Shown piece by piece: positions 21,901 to 31,752 of a DNA stretch of 64,000 nt. The position numbers were made by a program, and so were the translations under genes. The notes under the pieces are model-generated. The model was not told the origin of the DNA. It made no database searches and saw nothing but the letters and a program-made list of their open reading frames with translations. Origin of the DNA: Rhodospirillales bacterium (GTDB lineage: Bacteria; Pseudomonadota; Alphaproteobacteria; Bin95); assembly GCA_038143065.1 (NCBI GenBank), contig JAYQLI010000035.1:1760894-1824893 (forward strand). Direction: 5' to 3'. Position 1 is the first letter of the stretch. Each line of letters opens with the position of its first letter.

Positions 21901-22268
21901 GCGGATGAACGACCAGACACAAAGCGAAGCGAGCCACGAACCATGTTCGCCACCATTTCTCCTGAACCTTTGTTGGGGTCATAAACAAATTTATCTATTG
22001 TTAAAGAACTGTTTGGCCCGAGGGTCAGGGCCGTTTCATCTACCAGCAAGGCCTGCATACGAGCGTTTGCACTGGTACTCAAAGTATCATTGGTGAGGAT
22101 TTCCCCACCAGACTTTATAATTTGTGGGCCAGGACGGTCGTTACCCTCAATCGTCGCCTTTCCCGTAACTCCAGCAGCAACCCCAGCCTGAACAGCAAAA
22201 GCATTGGCTCCAATTAAAGTACAGATAGCAAACAGAGTAATTGGGCCGGCGAGCCTTAAACTAAGCAT
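18972..22268 (-). CDS. Large exported FecR-domain protein with acidic tandem repeat and three YfaP/DUF2135-like domains (reconstructed across frameshifts, ~1100 aa)
   Basis: Signal peptide MLSLRL..ANAFA; FecR motifs DETALTLGPNS, GSLRFVSG, KTPVGVMGIRGT; EGEGGEETAENQ repeats; three EFDW..L[IV]D[LV]D motifs. Confidence 0.7.
20888..20985 (-). repeat. Ala-Pro coding repeat (APAPAPAL; 24-nt unit plus 12-nt subunits)
   Basis: ggggctggtgccggggccagagca x2 followed by ggggctggtgca x2. Confidence 0.85.
21229..21605 (-). repeat. 36-nt coding tandem repeat, ~10 units plus one 20-nt truncated unit
   Basis: ttggttct anchors at 21242, 21278, 21317, 21353, 21389, 21425, 21481, 21517, 21553, 21589. Confidence 0.95.
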
Positions 22269-22337
22269 CAGTTGCCTCGAGGATTGATCTTGTGATACCT
22301 GCATAAATACTGTGGTTTTTTGAGTGGAGCAACTTTA

Positions 22338-23684
22338 ATGCGTGCCAGATCACGCATACGCATAACCATTGCATCCTTTATTTTGATTGCGGCGGGACTC
22401 CTGCCGTCCCTATCGCTCGCCCAAAACTCCGAGCCAAGGATCACCTATGCGCAGATACTCGCTGACCCCGACAACATAGAATTATCAGTGAAGTATGCCC
22501 AACAACTCATAAATGGTGGTGAATTTCAGAAAGCTACAATTTCTTTAGAGCGCATATTGTTATTGAATCCGGAAGTGGACAAAGCTCGATTATTAATGGC
22601 TCTTGTATTTTTTCGTTTAGGAAGTTTTTCAGAAGCTGAAAGTGAACTGAACTTTCTTAAAACAAGAGAACTTTCTGATGAAGATGCTGTTGTAGTCGAA
22701 AAATACTTAGATTTAATTTATGAGAAAAGAAAATTATGGTCGGCTACGAGCTTATTTAGCTTGGGGATACACTACGATACAAACAAAAACAGCAATCCTT
22801 CATCGTCGCAAATAAGACCCATCGACTTAGCTTTTGACAACACAGGTGAAGATGAAGATGACGTTGGCCTTCTGTCTTTGATCGGCTTTGAATATAGAAC
22901 AAAATTAAATCCGGTTGATCCCATAGAAGTATCTTTCGGATCAGCTTTTATCTTTGATAACCAAGAAAAATTAAACAATGTCGACACAGTCGCCATTGCT
23001 CCAAAGGTTGGGGTCAAGACCATTTGGAGAACCTTTGACCTGTCGACTTCTATTGGACTAACAAATGTACGCGTCGACGATGTAGAGTTCATGAACATCT
23101 ACGACATCAAATTTGGTGGCTCCCGGGTCTTTGATTATTCGAACACACAATTCACTCTCTCTAACGAGGTATCTGTAGCTCTTGAAGATTTTCAAAATAC
23201 GGCCAGAACCACAACGGGTAACGAAAGTGATGGCTATAATCTTGGAGTAAAATCAGGTTTTGCTATCCCTTTGACCCCTGAACTTCAGTTTGACTCAACA
23301 ATAAAATTTTCCAGAAAAAATGCTGATGTAGATTTCAATAGTTTCACTCAGTTTGGCTACGCCTCTAACTTTACGGGACCTATAAATAACACAGCCATGG
23401 CAAGCTTAAGATTAAGCTTTGACTAAAAATTTTTCGACGACCCCGATCCGTTTGTTATAAGCACAGAAGAAAGATCCGATATTAGTTATGGTGCAGGTTT
23501 AAACATCTTGCTTAAAATGGATCAGATTTTAGAAGACTTAGGTTGGCCAAATCATAGTACGTTTTCATCAGGCTTGATTGGATCACTGGGAGCGACTTAC
23601 AAAAAAAACACTTCAAATATCGAGAATTTCCGATTTGAAAATGAGAGGCTACAGTTTTCATTAACCAAACAGATAGCCTTTTAA
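22338..23684 (+). CDS. TPR plus outer-membrane beta-barrel protein, Slam/DUF560 (type XI secretion)-like; in-frame TAA at 23424-23426
   Basis: Signal peptide, TPR (LERILLLNPE..ARL), GIHYDTN.N, and after the stop the same frame gives DPDP..RSD, NTSNIENF and terminal QIAF. Confidence 0.7.
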
Positions 23685-23839
23685 TTAGATTAGCGCACCA
23701 AAAGAAAAATCTTGATGTCAACGAGCACATTATTTGAGAGATGCTGAGATCCAATTTTGTTTAAAAAATTTGATAAGAGGTATTTTGAAATTTATTTGCA
23801 GCCAAGAAATGCAGCAGATCCCGTTTACTTCTAAAAAGA

Positions 23840-25432
23840 TTATGTGAACGTAAACCCTGAATATTTTTCCGCCTCGCACATACGCAGCTCCTCTCGATAA
23901 GCGTCGGCATCCGGATAGTTAAGTAATTGGCGCTTTTTTCCTGGAATATTTGCGCCCATGTACCAGGAATCCGTTTGGCCAAATAAGGTACTCTGCGCAA
24001 GCCCTGCTAAGCGTTCTGTCCATGATTCGGCTGCTTCTTGAGAGGAATCGAATGTTTGATGTCCTTGTCGCCTCATCCAATTCAGAAACCTTGTGGCCCA
24101 TTCGCCCTGAAATTCTGCACAGGTTGGGCCATTGCAGAACGCGGTTGCACTTTGGGGGCCATACAGCATCAAAAAATTTGGAAACCCTGGGATTGCCGTT
24201 CCCATGTGCGTATCAACACCATTAGACCAAGTCTGCGAGAGAGTTTGTCCTTCTGCTCCACGAATATCCATGTTGATTAACCCCCCAGTGTTAGCATCAA
24301 ATCCCGTCGCCAACACCAAAACGTCTAGATCAAACTGGGCAGCGGTAGTTTTAACGCCGGATGGCATAATAGTTTCAATGGGCGTTGAAGAGATGTCCAC
24401 GAGCTCAACATTTTTCTGATTAAAGCAGTCATAAAAGTTCTGCTCTAAAGCAGGCCGTTTGGTGCCAAATGGATATGGTGGCTCCATTGGCGCCAGCTTC
24501 TCCGCAACCTCTAAATTATCAATTCGGGATCTCGTTTTATCTCGCCAAAAATTGTAGGCCGCTCGGTTGGAAGCTTCATTAGTCAAAATGTCATTGAAAG
24601 TACCAATCCAGAAATTAAACCCTCCCTTTTCCCAAGCTGATTCAAAAACATTCAAGCGATCTACGTCGGAAACATCGAATGCCCCCTTATCAAGACGAAC
24701 GATGTCACAAAAATTTCCTGGGGGAGAGCTCCTAAGAGAAAACAATTCAGGGTAATTTTTCTTCGCTAATTCCTGCTCTGATACACTGAGTTTGCGCTGC
24801 TGCATTGGAAGAGCTGTCACAGGTGTTCTTTGGAACACCACCAATCTTTCAGCAATCGGGGCTGCCTCTTGTACTATCTGGACACCACTCGCTCCAGTTC
24901 CAATTATACCAACTTTTTGGCCTCCGAAATCTACCCCTTGCTGAGGCCAGTGAGCTGTGTGGTGGCAGATGCCTCTAAAATGATCCAGGCCAGTAATGTC
25001 TGGAGTATAAGATTTACTGCCAAAGCCAGTGCACATAATCAAAACCCTGGCATCATAAACACGGTCATTTTGGGCTTTTATTTGCCATCGCCCGTCTTGG
25101 CCAAAATGACATGCTTCAATTCGGGTCGAAAGATCCACATCCTTTCGCAAATCAAGTTTGTGAACCACATGTTCAAAATAAGCTACTAGTTCTTCATGCC
25201 CAGGGAACCGCTCAGTCCAGGACCAGTCCCGCCAGCAATCATCTAACGAGTATTCATAATTCGGGACGTGTGAATCTACTCTTGCTCCAGGGTAACGATT
25301 AGCCTGCCAGCCCCCACCAAATCCATCTTGCGCTTCCACCAAACGCACTGAAAATCCTTCGCCTCTAAGACGGTACAAAAGGTAAAGCCCACTAAAACCC
25401 GCGCCAACAATTACAATATCGAATTTTCTCAT
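23840..25432 (-). CDS. Type I Baeyer-Villiger monooxygenase
   Basis: GAGFSG, FRGICHHTAHWP fingerprint, GTGASG, ATGF, SWYMGANIPGK. Confidence 0.92.
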   Translation of the reverse strand: MRKFDIVIVGAGFSGLYLLYRLRGEGFSVRLVEAQDGFGGGWQANRYPGARVDSHVPNYEYSLDDCWRDWSWTERFPGHEELVAYFEHVVHKLDLRKDVDLSTRIEACHFGQDGRWQIKAQNDRVYDARVLIMCTGFGSKSYTPDITGLDHFRGICHHTAHWPQQGVDFGGQKVGIIGTGASGVQIVQEAAPIAERLVVFQRTPVTALPMQQRKLSVSEQELAKKNYPELFSLRSSPPGNFCDIVRLDKGAFDVSDVDRLNVFESAWEKGGFNFWIGTFNDILTNEASNRAAYNFWRDKTRSRIDNLEVAEKLAPMEPPYPFGTKRPALEQNFYDCFNQKNVELVDISSTPIETIMPSGVKTTAAQFDLDVLVLATGFDANTGGLINMDIRGAEGQTLSQTWSNGVDTHMGTAIPGFPNFLMLYGPQSATAFCNGPTCAEFQGEWATRFLNWMRRQGHQTFDSSQEAAESWTERLAGLAQSTLFGQTDSWYMGANIPGKKRQLLNYPDADAYREELRMCEAEKYSGFTFT

Positions 25433-25591
25433 TCTTAAGACTTGTTCAACCCGTTTTCTTCATTTCACCTTGAGGACCAAGATTATCTGTTAACAATGCC
25501 ACATCGAAAGTGGATAAAATTTTCACAAGCACCTTGTGATGCCAAAAAACATAAACATCAAAAAAAGCTCCACCTCAGGAAAACAATTAAA

Positions 25592-26161
25592 ATGAGAAGC
25601 TTGATTTCAACTTTAATTCTAACCGTCCTACTACCCATGTCACAAACCAGCGCGGCTGCAGATAAGGACTTTTGGGGCTTATTGCATTCGGGCCATCATC
25701 TGGCTCTGATCCGTCACGCGTTGGCACCTGGATTTAGTGACCCAAAGGGCTTTGACTTGGGGGAATGTAATAGCCAACGGAATTTAGACTCTCGAGGACG
25801 CACTCAATCAAGGAACATTGGAGCTCTCTTCCGATCAAACGGTGTTGATAAAGCTTCTATCTATTCAAGTCAGTGGTGCAGATGTCTTGAAACAAGTAAA
25901 TTGATGAACCTTGGAAAAGTTAAAGAGTTACCAGCTCTCAATTCATTTTTCGAAAACTTTGAGCGAAAATTTCTACAAACGGACCAATTACTATCTTGGA
26001 TCAATACAGAACCATTAAATCACCCAACAATCCTGGTAACTCATCAAGTGAACATATTCGCTTTGACCGGGCATTCTACTTCGTCCGGCGAAATCGTTTT
26101 TGTTCGAAGGAACCCTGATGGAACGGTCACAGTAGTCGGAAACATTTCCACTTTGCCCTGA
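25592..26161 (+). CDS. Exported histidine phosphatase family protein
   Basis: Signal peptide, RHA, QRNL, SSQWCRCLET, LVTH. Confidence 0.85.
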   Translation: MRSLISTLILTVLLPMSQTSAAADKDFWGLLHSGHHLALIRHALAPGFSDPKGFDLGECNSQRNLDSRGRTQSRNIGALFRSNGVDKASIYSSQWCRCLETSKLMNLGKVKELPALNSFFENFERKFLQTDQLLSWINTEPLNHPTILVTHQVNIFALTGHSTSSGEIVFVRRNPDGTVTVVGNISTLP

Positions 26162-26172
26162 AAAACCTCAAA

Positions 26173-26418
26173 CTAACTCTGGTCTTGTTCAGTCTTGGGT
26201 GAGCCATCCCCAAGCATGGTTCCTTTGGGACGAATCTGAAATTCACCTTTTTGCCCACACGAAACGCAGGTTGGTTTTATTCCAATAAATGTTCTATCGC
26301 CCTTACCTCCAGCGATCAAAGCCTCAAGATCAATTGGCTCAAACCGCATACAATCCATGCAGTGCGCCTCCAAGCAAAGGCTATTCTCCAGAAGCTGACG
26401 ATAAGTTTGGATAAGCAA
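26173..26418 (-). CDS. Small putative Zn-ribbon protein
   Basis: CMDC...CVSCG in 81 aa. Confidence 0.6.
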   Translation of the reverse strand: MLIQTYRQLLENSLCLEAHCMDCMRFEPIDLEALIAGGKGDRTFIGIKPTCVSCGQKGEFQIRPKGTMLGDGSPKTEQDQS

Positions 26419-26501
26419 TGCAACTGCCCAATCGATCTAGAATATAGGGAATGTGTTTTTATCTCTTTCAATTAAAGATTTTTAAAAACGCTTTTAGGCT
26501 A

Positions 26502-26576
<75 letters not shown>

Positions 26577-26800
26577 AAAGTTCAAAGTTAGCCAAAATAT
26601 TGGATGGCAAACTCAATTTATTACCTGAGACTGTCGCAGGTAATCAAACAAGAAAACTAGCAGTTCTCTTCGCCTCATGAACTACTTTAAGGCTTTAGCC
26701 TCCAATAAGGACATTTGGCAATCTTTTAATGAATTGATTCTGGAGAATTTGAGAGCCAGCAAATGCCATAAGTCAGATGATTCCTTGATTTTTTAAAACA

Positions 26801-29500
26801 CTAAGTCTTATTTTCCCAATCACTTACAAGGTCTGCCAACTCATAAAGCAGGTTCATTGATTCTCTAGGCGTCAATGTATCAATATCGGTTTTTCTTATC
26901 TTTTCCAAAGCACTCTTAGCCCCCTCTGAGATAGGTGAAGTTGAAGGCCTATCAGAGGCTGGGGGAGTTGAGCAAAAAGTGGCATTTCGATTTTGAGTTT
27001 CGTTCCATCTGGTCCTTCGCCAGCTTCGAGGTGGGACAAAACACTAGCTGCTCTGCGAACAACATCGGACGGAAGTCCAGCCAAACGCGCTACATGAACC
27101 CCATAAGAACGATTTGCGGCTCCAGGCATCACCTCATGCAGGAACGCAATATCTCCTTCCCATTCTTTAACACGCATAGACACTAAACCCAGACCATCTA
27201 ACTTCTCAGCAAGCGCTGTTAGCTCGTGATAATGTGTAGCAAAAAGTCCTCTACACCGGTTTTTTTCGTGGAGACGCTCGACTGATGCCCAAGCTATCGA
27301 GAGCCCATCATATGTAGCAGTACCGCGTCCAATTTCATCCAAAATGACCAATGATCTATCACTAGCTTGATTTAGAATTGCGGCTGTCTCTAACATCTCA
27401 ACCATAAAGGTTGATCGCCCTCGAGAAAGGTCATCAGCTGCTCCAACACGGGAAAACAGCTTATCAACAACACCAATGTGGGCCTCGGCGGCTGGCACGA
27501 ACGAGCCTATTTGGGCAAGAATAGCAATAAGCGCATTTTGTCGAAGGTACGTGCTTTTGCCCGCCATATTAGGGCCTGTGACAAGCCATAAGCGCTTAGC
27601 TGTTTCAACAGAAACATCACAGTTGTTTGGAACAAATGACCCAGAAGACAATCCCATCTCGACTACTGGATGACGGCCATCTTTTACATTGAATGCTAGG
27701 CTTTCATCGACCTTAGGCTGAACATATCCCCTCTCCATCCCTAGTTGAGCAAGGCCTTCAATTACATCTATCAGTGACAGAGAATCAGCCACTCTCGCAA
27801 GCGCTTCTCCTTGTTCCAAGATGTTTTGTACGGAGCTCTGTGAAAATCTCGAGTTCCCGTGCAAGAGCGCGGTCAGCGGCTTGTCCAATTTTTGCCTCTA
27901 AATCGGACAGTTCAACTGTCGAAAAACGAACAGCATTTGCCAATGACTGCCTACGAATAAACCTCTGATCGCCCACAAGTTTAGTCTCTTGCAGTGATGT
28001 TACTTCGATAAAGTATCCGAGTACTGCATTGTGTTTAAGCTTAAGGTTTGGAATATCCGTTTCTTCTTGATAACGGGTCTGAAGAGACGCAATTAGTTTG
28101 CGGCTGTTATCTCGAAGACTGCATAGATCATCAAGCTCATGATCATATCCATGCGCAACAAATCCCCCATCCCTCGCAAGCAGAGGCAAGCTATCATCCA
28201 GCGCATTCGTTAACTTAGCAGCAAGCCAGTCGTGACCTACTAGCTTGGCAGCTGCGTCTTTTAGAAGAAAAGGCTGCGTATTATCTGATAAACTCTCAGG
28301 ACTCTTTTCCAATAATTCTGCAACCTTTGTTGCAATATTGAGAACCTTCGCAACAACCTCTAAATCTCGAGGGCCGCCTCGGCCAAGAGATAAACGAGAG
28401 AGAGCACGGGCAAGATCTGAGGACCCATGCAAGATGCTACGCAGACTGCTAGACAGTTGGGGATTTTCAAACAAGTAAGCAACAGCTTCTTGACGCCGGT
28501 GGATCGCTCTAGTCTCTGCGAGCGGGGCCGCTAACCACCCTGCCAGAAGACGAGCACCAGCACTCGTACTAGTTCTGTCTATTGAATTCAGCAGACTTCC
28601 TTGACGCACGCCCGATGTCGTTCGAAAAAGTTCCAAACTATTTCTCGTAGCGGGGTCAATCTGCATCACACTCCCAGGCTGAAAGCGTCGAGGAGGATCA
28701 AGACGGGCTATCTCGCCTTTCTGCGTTTGATCAATGTAATCAATTAATACTCCAGCCGCCGAAAGTTCAGATTTTTCAAAGGCACCAAAGCCATCCATTG
28801 CCTCCACGCCAAACGCTGTTTTCAGACGGCGTTCTGCATTTCTACTGTCAAATCGTGCAGAAGGAAGATCTGTTAACGTAGCTGATACTTCACTGAAAAA
28901 TTGCTGGAATTCGGAACGTAGTAGCAGCCTGTCAGGTAACAATAATTCCTTTGGCTCAACTCGGGCGAGCGCCTCAGCCATCTCCGCAACTTTTAATTCT
29001 TGGGTCTCGAAAACTCCAGTTGAAAGATCTAACCAGGCTAGGCCTAGTTTGCCACCAGTTTCAGATAAAGCCGCGAGAAAATTATGGTGACGCGCTTCTA
29101 GAAGGGTTTCTTCGGTTAGTGTGCCTGGCGTCACCAATCTGACAACATCACGATTAACAAGGGTCTTACCAGGACGCTTCTTAGCCGTGGCGGGATCTTC
29201 AGTTTGTTCACATATGGCAACCTTAGCACCAGATCGGATCAATCGCTCAAGATAGCTTTCATGGCTCTTGACTGGCACACCAGCCATAGGAATGGGTTCA
29301 CCGCCATGTTGGCCTCGCTGTGTCAATGTAATATCTAAAATTTCGGCAGCTTTAACAGCATCTTCAAAGAACAGTTCGTAAAAATCACCCATCCTGTAAA
29401 AAAGCAGATAGCCCGGATGCGCCTCACGGATGGCAAGATACTGCGCCATCATTGGTGTCGCATTTTCGATTAACGCAGGTTTCACCGTGTTACCGTCCAT
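26801..29500 (-). CDS. mutS: DNA mismatch repair protein MutS (frameshifts at ~27830 and ~26960)
   Basis: [42 protein letters not shown]-terminal DIDTLTPRE. Confidence 0.95.
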
Positions 29501-29569
29501 AGCCTCTGGCTCAATTTCACTGTATGATTCTTAACACAAATCTACACAATTTTTGAGGACCCGTCGCAA

Positions 29570-30739
29570 ATGCCTGTGATCAATTCCATCGCCGCCCTAG
29601 AAGAGGACATGACTGCTTGGCGTCGTGATTTCCACATGCACCCTGAACTTGCCTATCAAGAGGAACGCACCTCACAGATAGTTGCTGAAAAGCTGAAATC
29701 TTGGGGCATAAAAGTAAAGACAGGGCTTGGAAAAACAGGCGTCGTTGGAGTTATTGAAGGATCAGGTGAAGGTCCATCAATTGGCCTGCGCGCAGACATG
29801 GATGCACTCCCCATAGACGAAATGAACGACATTGAGTGGAAGTCACAGAACCAGGGTGTTATGCATGCCTGTGGCCATGATGGGCACACCACTATGTTGC
29901 TTGGCGCTGCCAAGTACCTTGCAGAGACCAGAAATTTTGCGGGCACTGTTCACGTAATTTTTCAGCCCGCTGAGGAAGGCTTTGCTGGCGCTAAGGCCAT
30001 GATTGACGATGGGCTTTTCGAAGAGTTTCCATGTGATCAGGTTTATGGCCTCCACAATTGGCCAGAAATGCCTGCCGGTCAGCTTGCGGCAGTCCCGGGA
30101 CCAATTATGGCCGCTGCAGACAAATTTGTTATTAAAGTAAAGGGAAAGGGTGCTCACGGCGCAATGCCACACAACGGGGTCGATCCAATAGTTGTTGGAA
30201 GCCAAATCGTGACAGCTTTGCAAAGCCTTGTGAGTAGATCCAAAAACCCAATTGAAACTGCTGTAATTTCCACAACTATGTTTCACGCAGGGTCTGCGTT
30301 CAACGTCATCCCTGAAGAAGCGGAGCTGTCTGGCACGGTCCGCACTTTTAATCCAAAAGTACAAGACATCGTTGAAGCTGGGATGAAGAGAATTGCTGAG
30401 GGCATTTCAGCTGCCATGGGAGCCATGGCAGAGATCGACTACCGCCGAGGTTATCCAGCTACCATCAATCATAAACGTGAGGCAGATCTGGCCGCAGAAG
30501 TTGCCGCTAGCATAGTTGGCTCTGAAAACGTGCGGCGGGATGTTAATCCTACAATGGGGGCAGAAGATTTCTCTTTCATGCTTAACGAGAAGCCTGGTTG
30601 CTACTTGTGGTTGGGACAAGGTGGTGGAGCCTCATCAGAGAATGTCCACCATCCACAATATGATTTTAACGATAAGGTACTACCGATTGGCGCTAGTGTG
30701 CTGGCGAAGCTAGTCGAAGACCTTCAGCCCAGGCGGTAG
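29570..30739 (+). CDS. M20D amidohydrolase (HipO/aminoacylase-like)
   Basis: HPEL, RADMDALP, MHACGHDGH, FQPAEEG, GAEDF. Confidence 0.92.
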   Translation: MPVINSIAALEEDMTAWRRDFHMHPELAYQEERTSQIVAEKLKSWGIKVKTGLGKTGVVGVIEGSGEGPSIGLRADMDALPIDEMNDIEWKSQNQGVMHACGHDGHTTMLLGAAKYLAETRNFAGTVHVIFQPAEEGFAGAKAMIDDGLFEEFPCDQVYGLHNWPEMPAGQLAAVPGPIMAAADKFVIKVKGKGAHGAMPHNGVDPIVVGSQIVTALQSLVSRSKNPIETAVISTTMFHAGSAFNVIPEEAELSGTVRTFNPKVQDIVEAGMKRIAEGISAAMGAMAEIDYRRGYPATINHKREADLAAEVAASIVGSENVRRDVNPTMGAEDFSFMLNEKPGCYLWLGQGGGASSENVHHPQYDFNDKVLPIGASVLAKLVEDLQPRR

Positions 30740-30747
30740 GTGCTTCA

Positions 30748-31752
30748 ATGGAAATTAAAAAACCCTACGCCATTTATTTAGGTGACGTGCCAGATCAACT
30801 AGCCGCTAAAACTGGGGATGGGATAGCTGATTGGCGCCCAGATTGGTGCATTGGCCAAGTACGTTTGCCAGGCTGCGGAGCTGATTGTCGGCTGCCAGAG
30901 ATGGCAATAGCCGAGGCCGCAGCCAATGGTGCCAAAACTTTAGTTATTGGCGTTGTTAATCAAGGTGGCTACCTACCAGAACATTGGATTAAAGATATCG
31001 TAACTGCAATTTCTGCCGGCATGGATGTAGCGTCTGGTATGCATATGCGCTTGGAGGATTTTCCAAAAATTAAGGCAGCTGCATCACAGAATAGTCGTCA
31101 GCTCCACAATCTTCGCCACCCAACACAACAATTCAAAACCGGCAGGGGCGAGTGGCGAACAGGAATGCGAGCCCTGACTGTCGGCATGGATTGTTCCATC
31201 GGCAAAAAATATACCGCTCTTGCAATAGCTCGGGAAATGGAACGCCGCGAAATGAATGTGGATTTTCGCGCGACGGGTCAGACAGGTGTGCTTATAGCGG
31301 AACGAGGTATAGCTATAGATGCTATAGTTTCGGACTTCATCGCTGGTGCAGCTGAGTGGCTCTCACCCGCAAATGATCCTGGCCATTGGGATATAATCGA
31401 GGGTCAAGGGTCTCTATTTCATGCCGCCTATGCGGGAGTAACTGTTGGTTTGCTGCACGGCTCCCAGCCGGACGCCTTGATACTATGTCATGAACCAACG
31501 CGAACCCATATGCGAAACTTACCGCATATGCCAATTCCAAAGCTTGAAGCAGCGTTTGAGCCCTACTTGACGCTTGCTCGGCTAACCAACCCAAAGGCCC
31601 GTTTCGCCGGAGTGTCGGTTAATACATCTAATATCTCAGAAAAAGAGGCGGACCGACTTCTCTCTGAAATTGAAGGTCGCTTCGGCCTTCCTGCTATTGA
31701 TCCGATCCGTCATGGCCCAGGCAAGATTGTAGACGAGTTGCTCAAAATATGA
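30748..31752 (+). CDS. dgcN: D-glutamate N-acetyltransferase (DUF1611)
   Basis: VGMDCSIGKKYT, ATGQTG, IEGQGSLFH, LLHGSQPD. Confidence 0.85.
   Translation: MEIKKPYAIYLGDVPDQLAAKTGDGIADWRPDWCIGQVRLPGCGADCRLPEMAIAEAAANGAKTLVIGVVNQGGYLPEHWIKDIVTAISAGMDVASGMHMRLEDFPKIKAAASQNSRQLHNLRHPTQQFKTGRGEWRTGMRALTVGMDCSIGKKYTALAIAREMERREMNVDFRATGQTGVLIAERGIAIDAIVSDFIAGAAEWLSPANDPGHWDIIEGQGSLFHAAYAGVTVGLLHGSQPDALILCHEPTRTHMRNLPHMPIPKLEAAFEPYLTLARLTNPKARFAGVSVNTSNISEKEADRLLSEIEGRFGLPAIDPIRHGPGKIVDELLKI

Noticed and set aside
15061-23426. Stop-codon reassignment or selenocysteine suggested by in-frame stops in the rhodanese and barrel genes
   Set aside because: The stops are TAA and TAG rather than TGA, and all three stop codons terminate normal genes in this window.
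26440-26452. Possible alphaproteobacterial LexA box upstream of the Zn-ribbon gene
   Set aside because: It reads GAAT-N5-GAAT, whereas the consensus needs GAAC-N7-GAAC.
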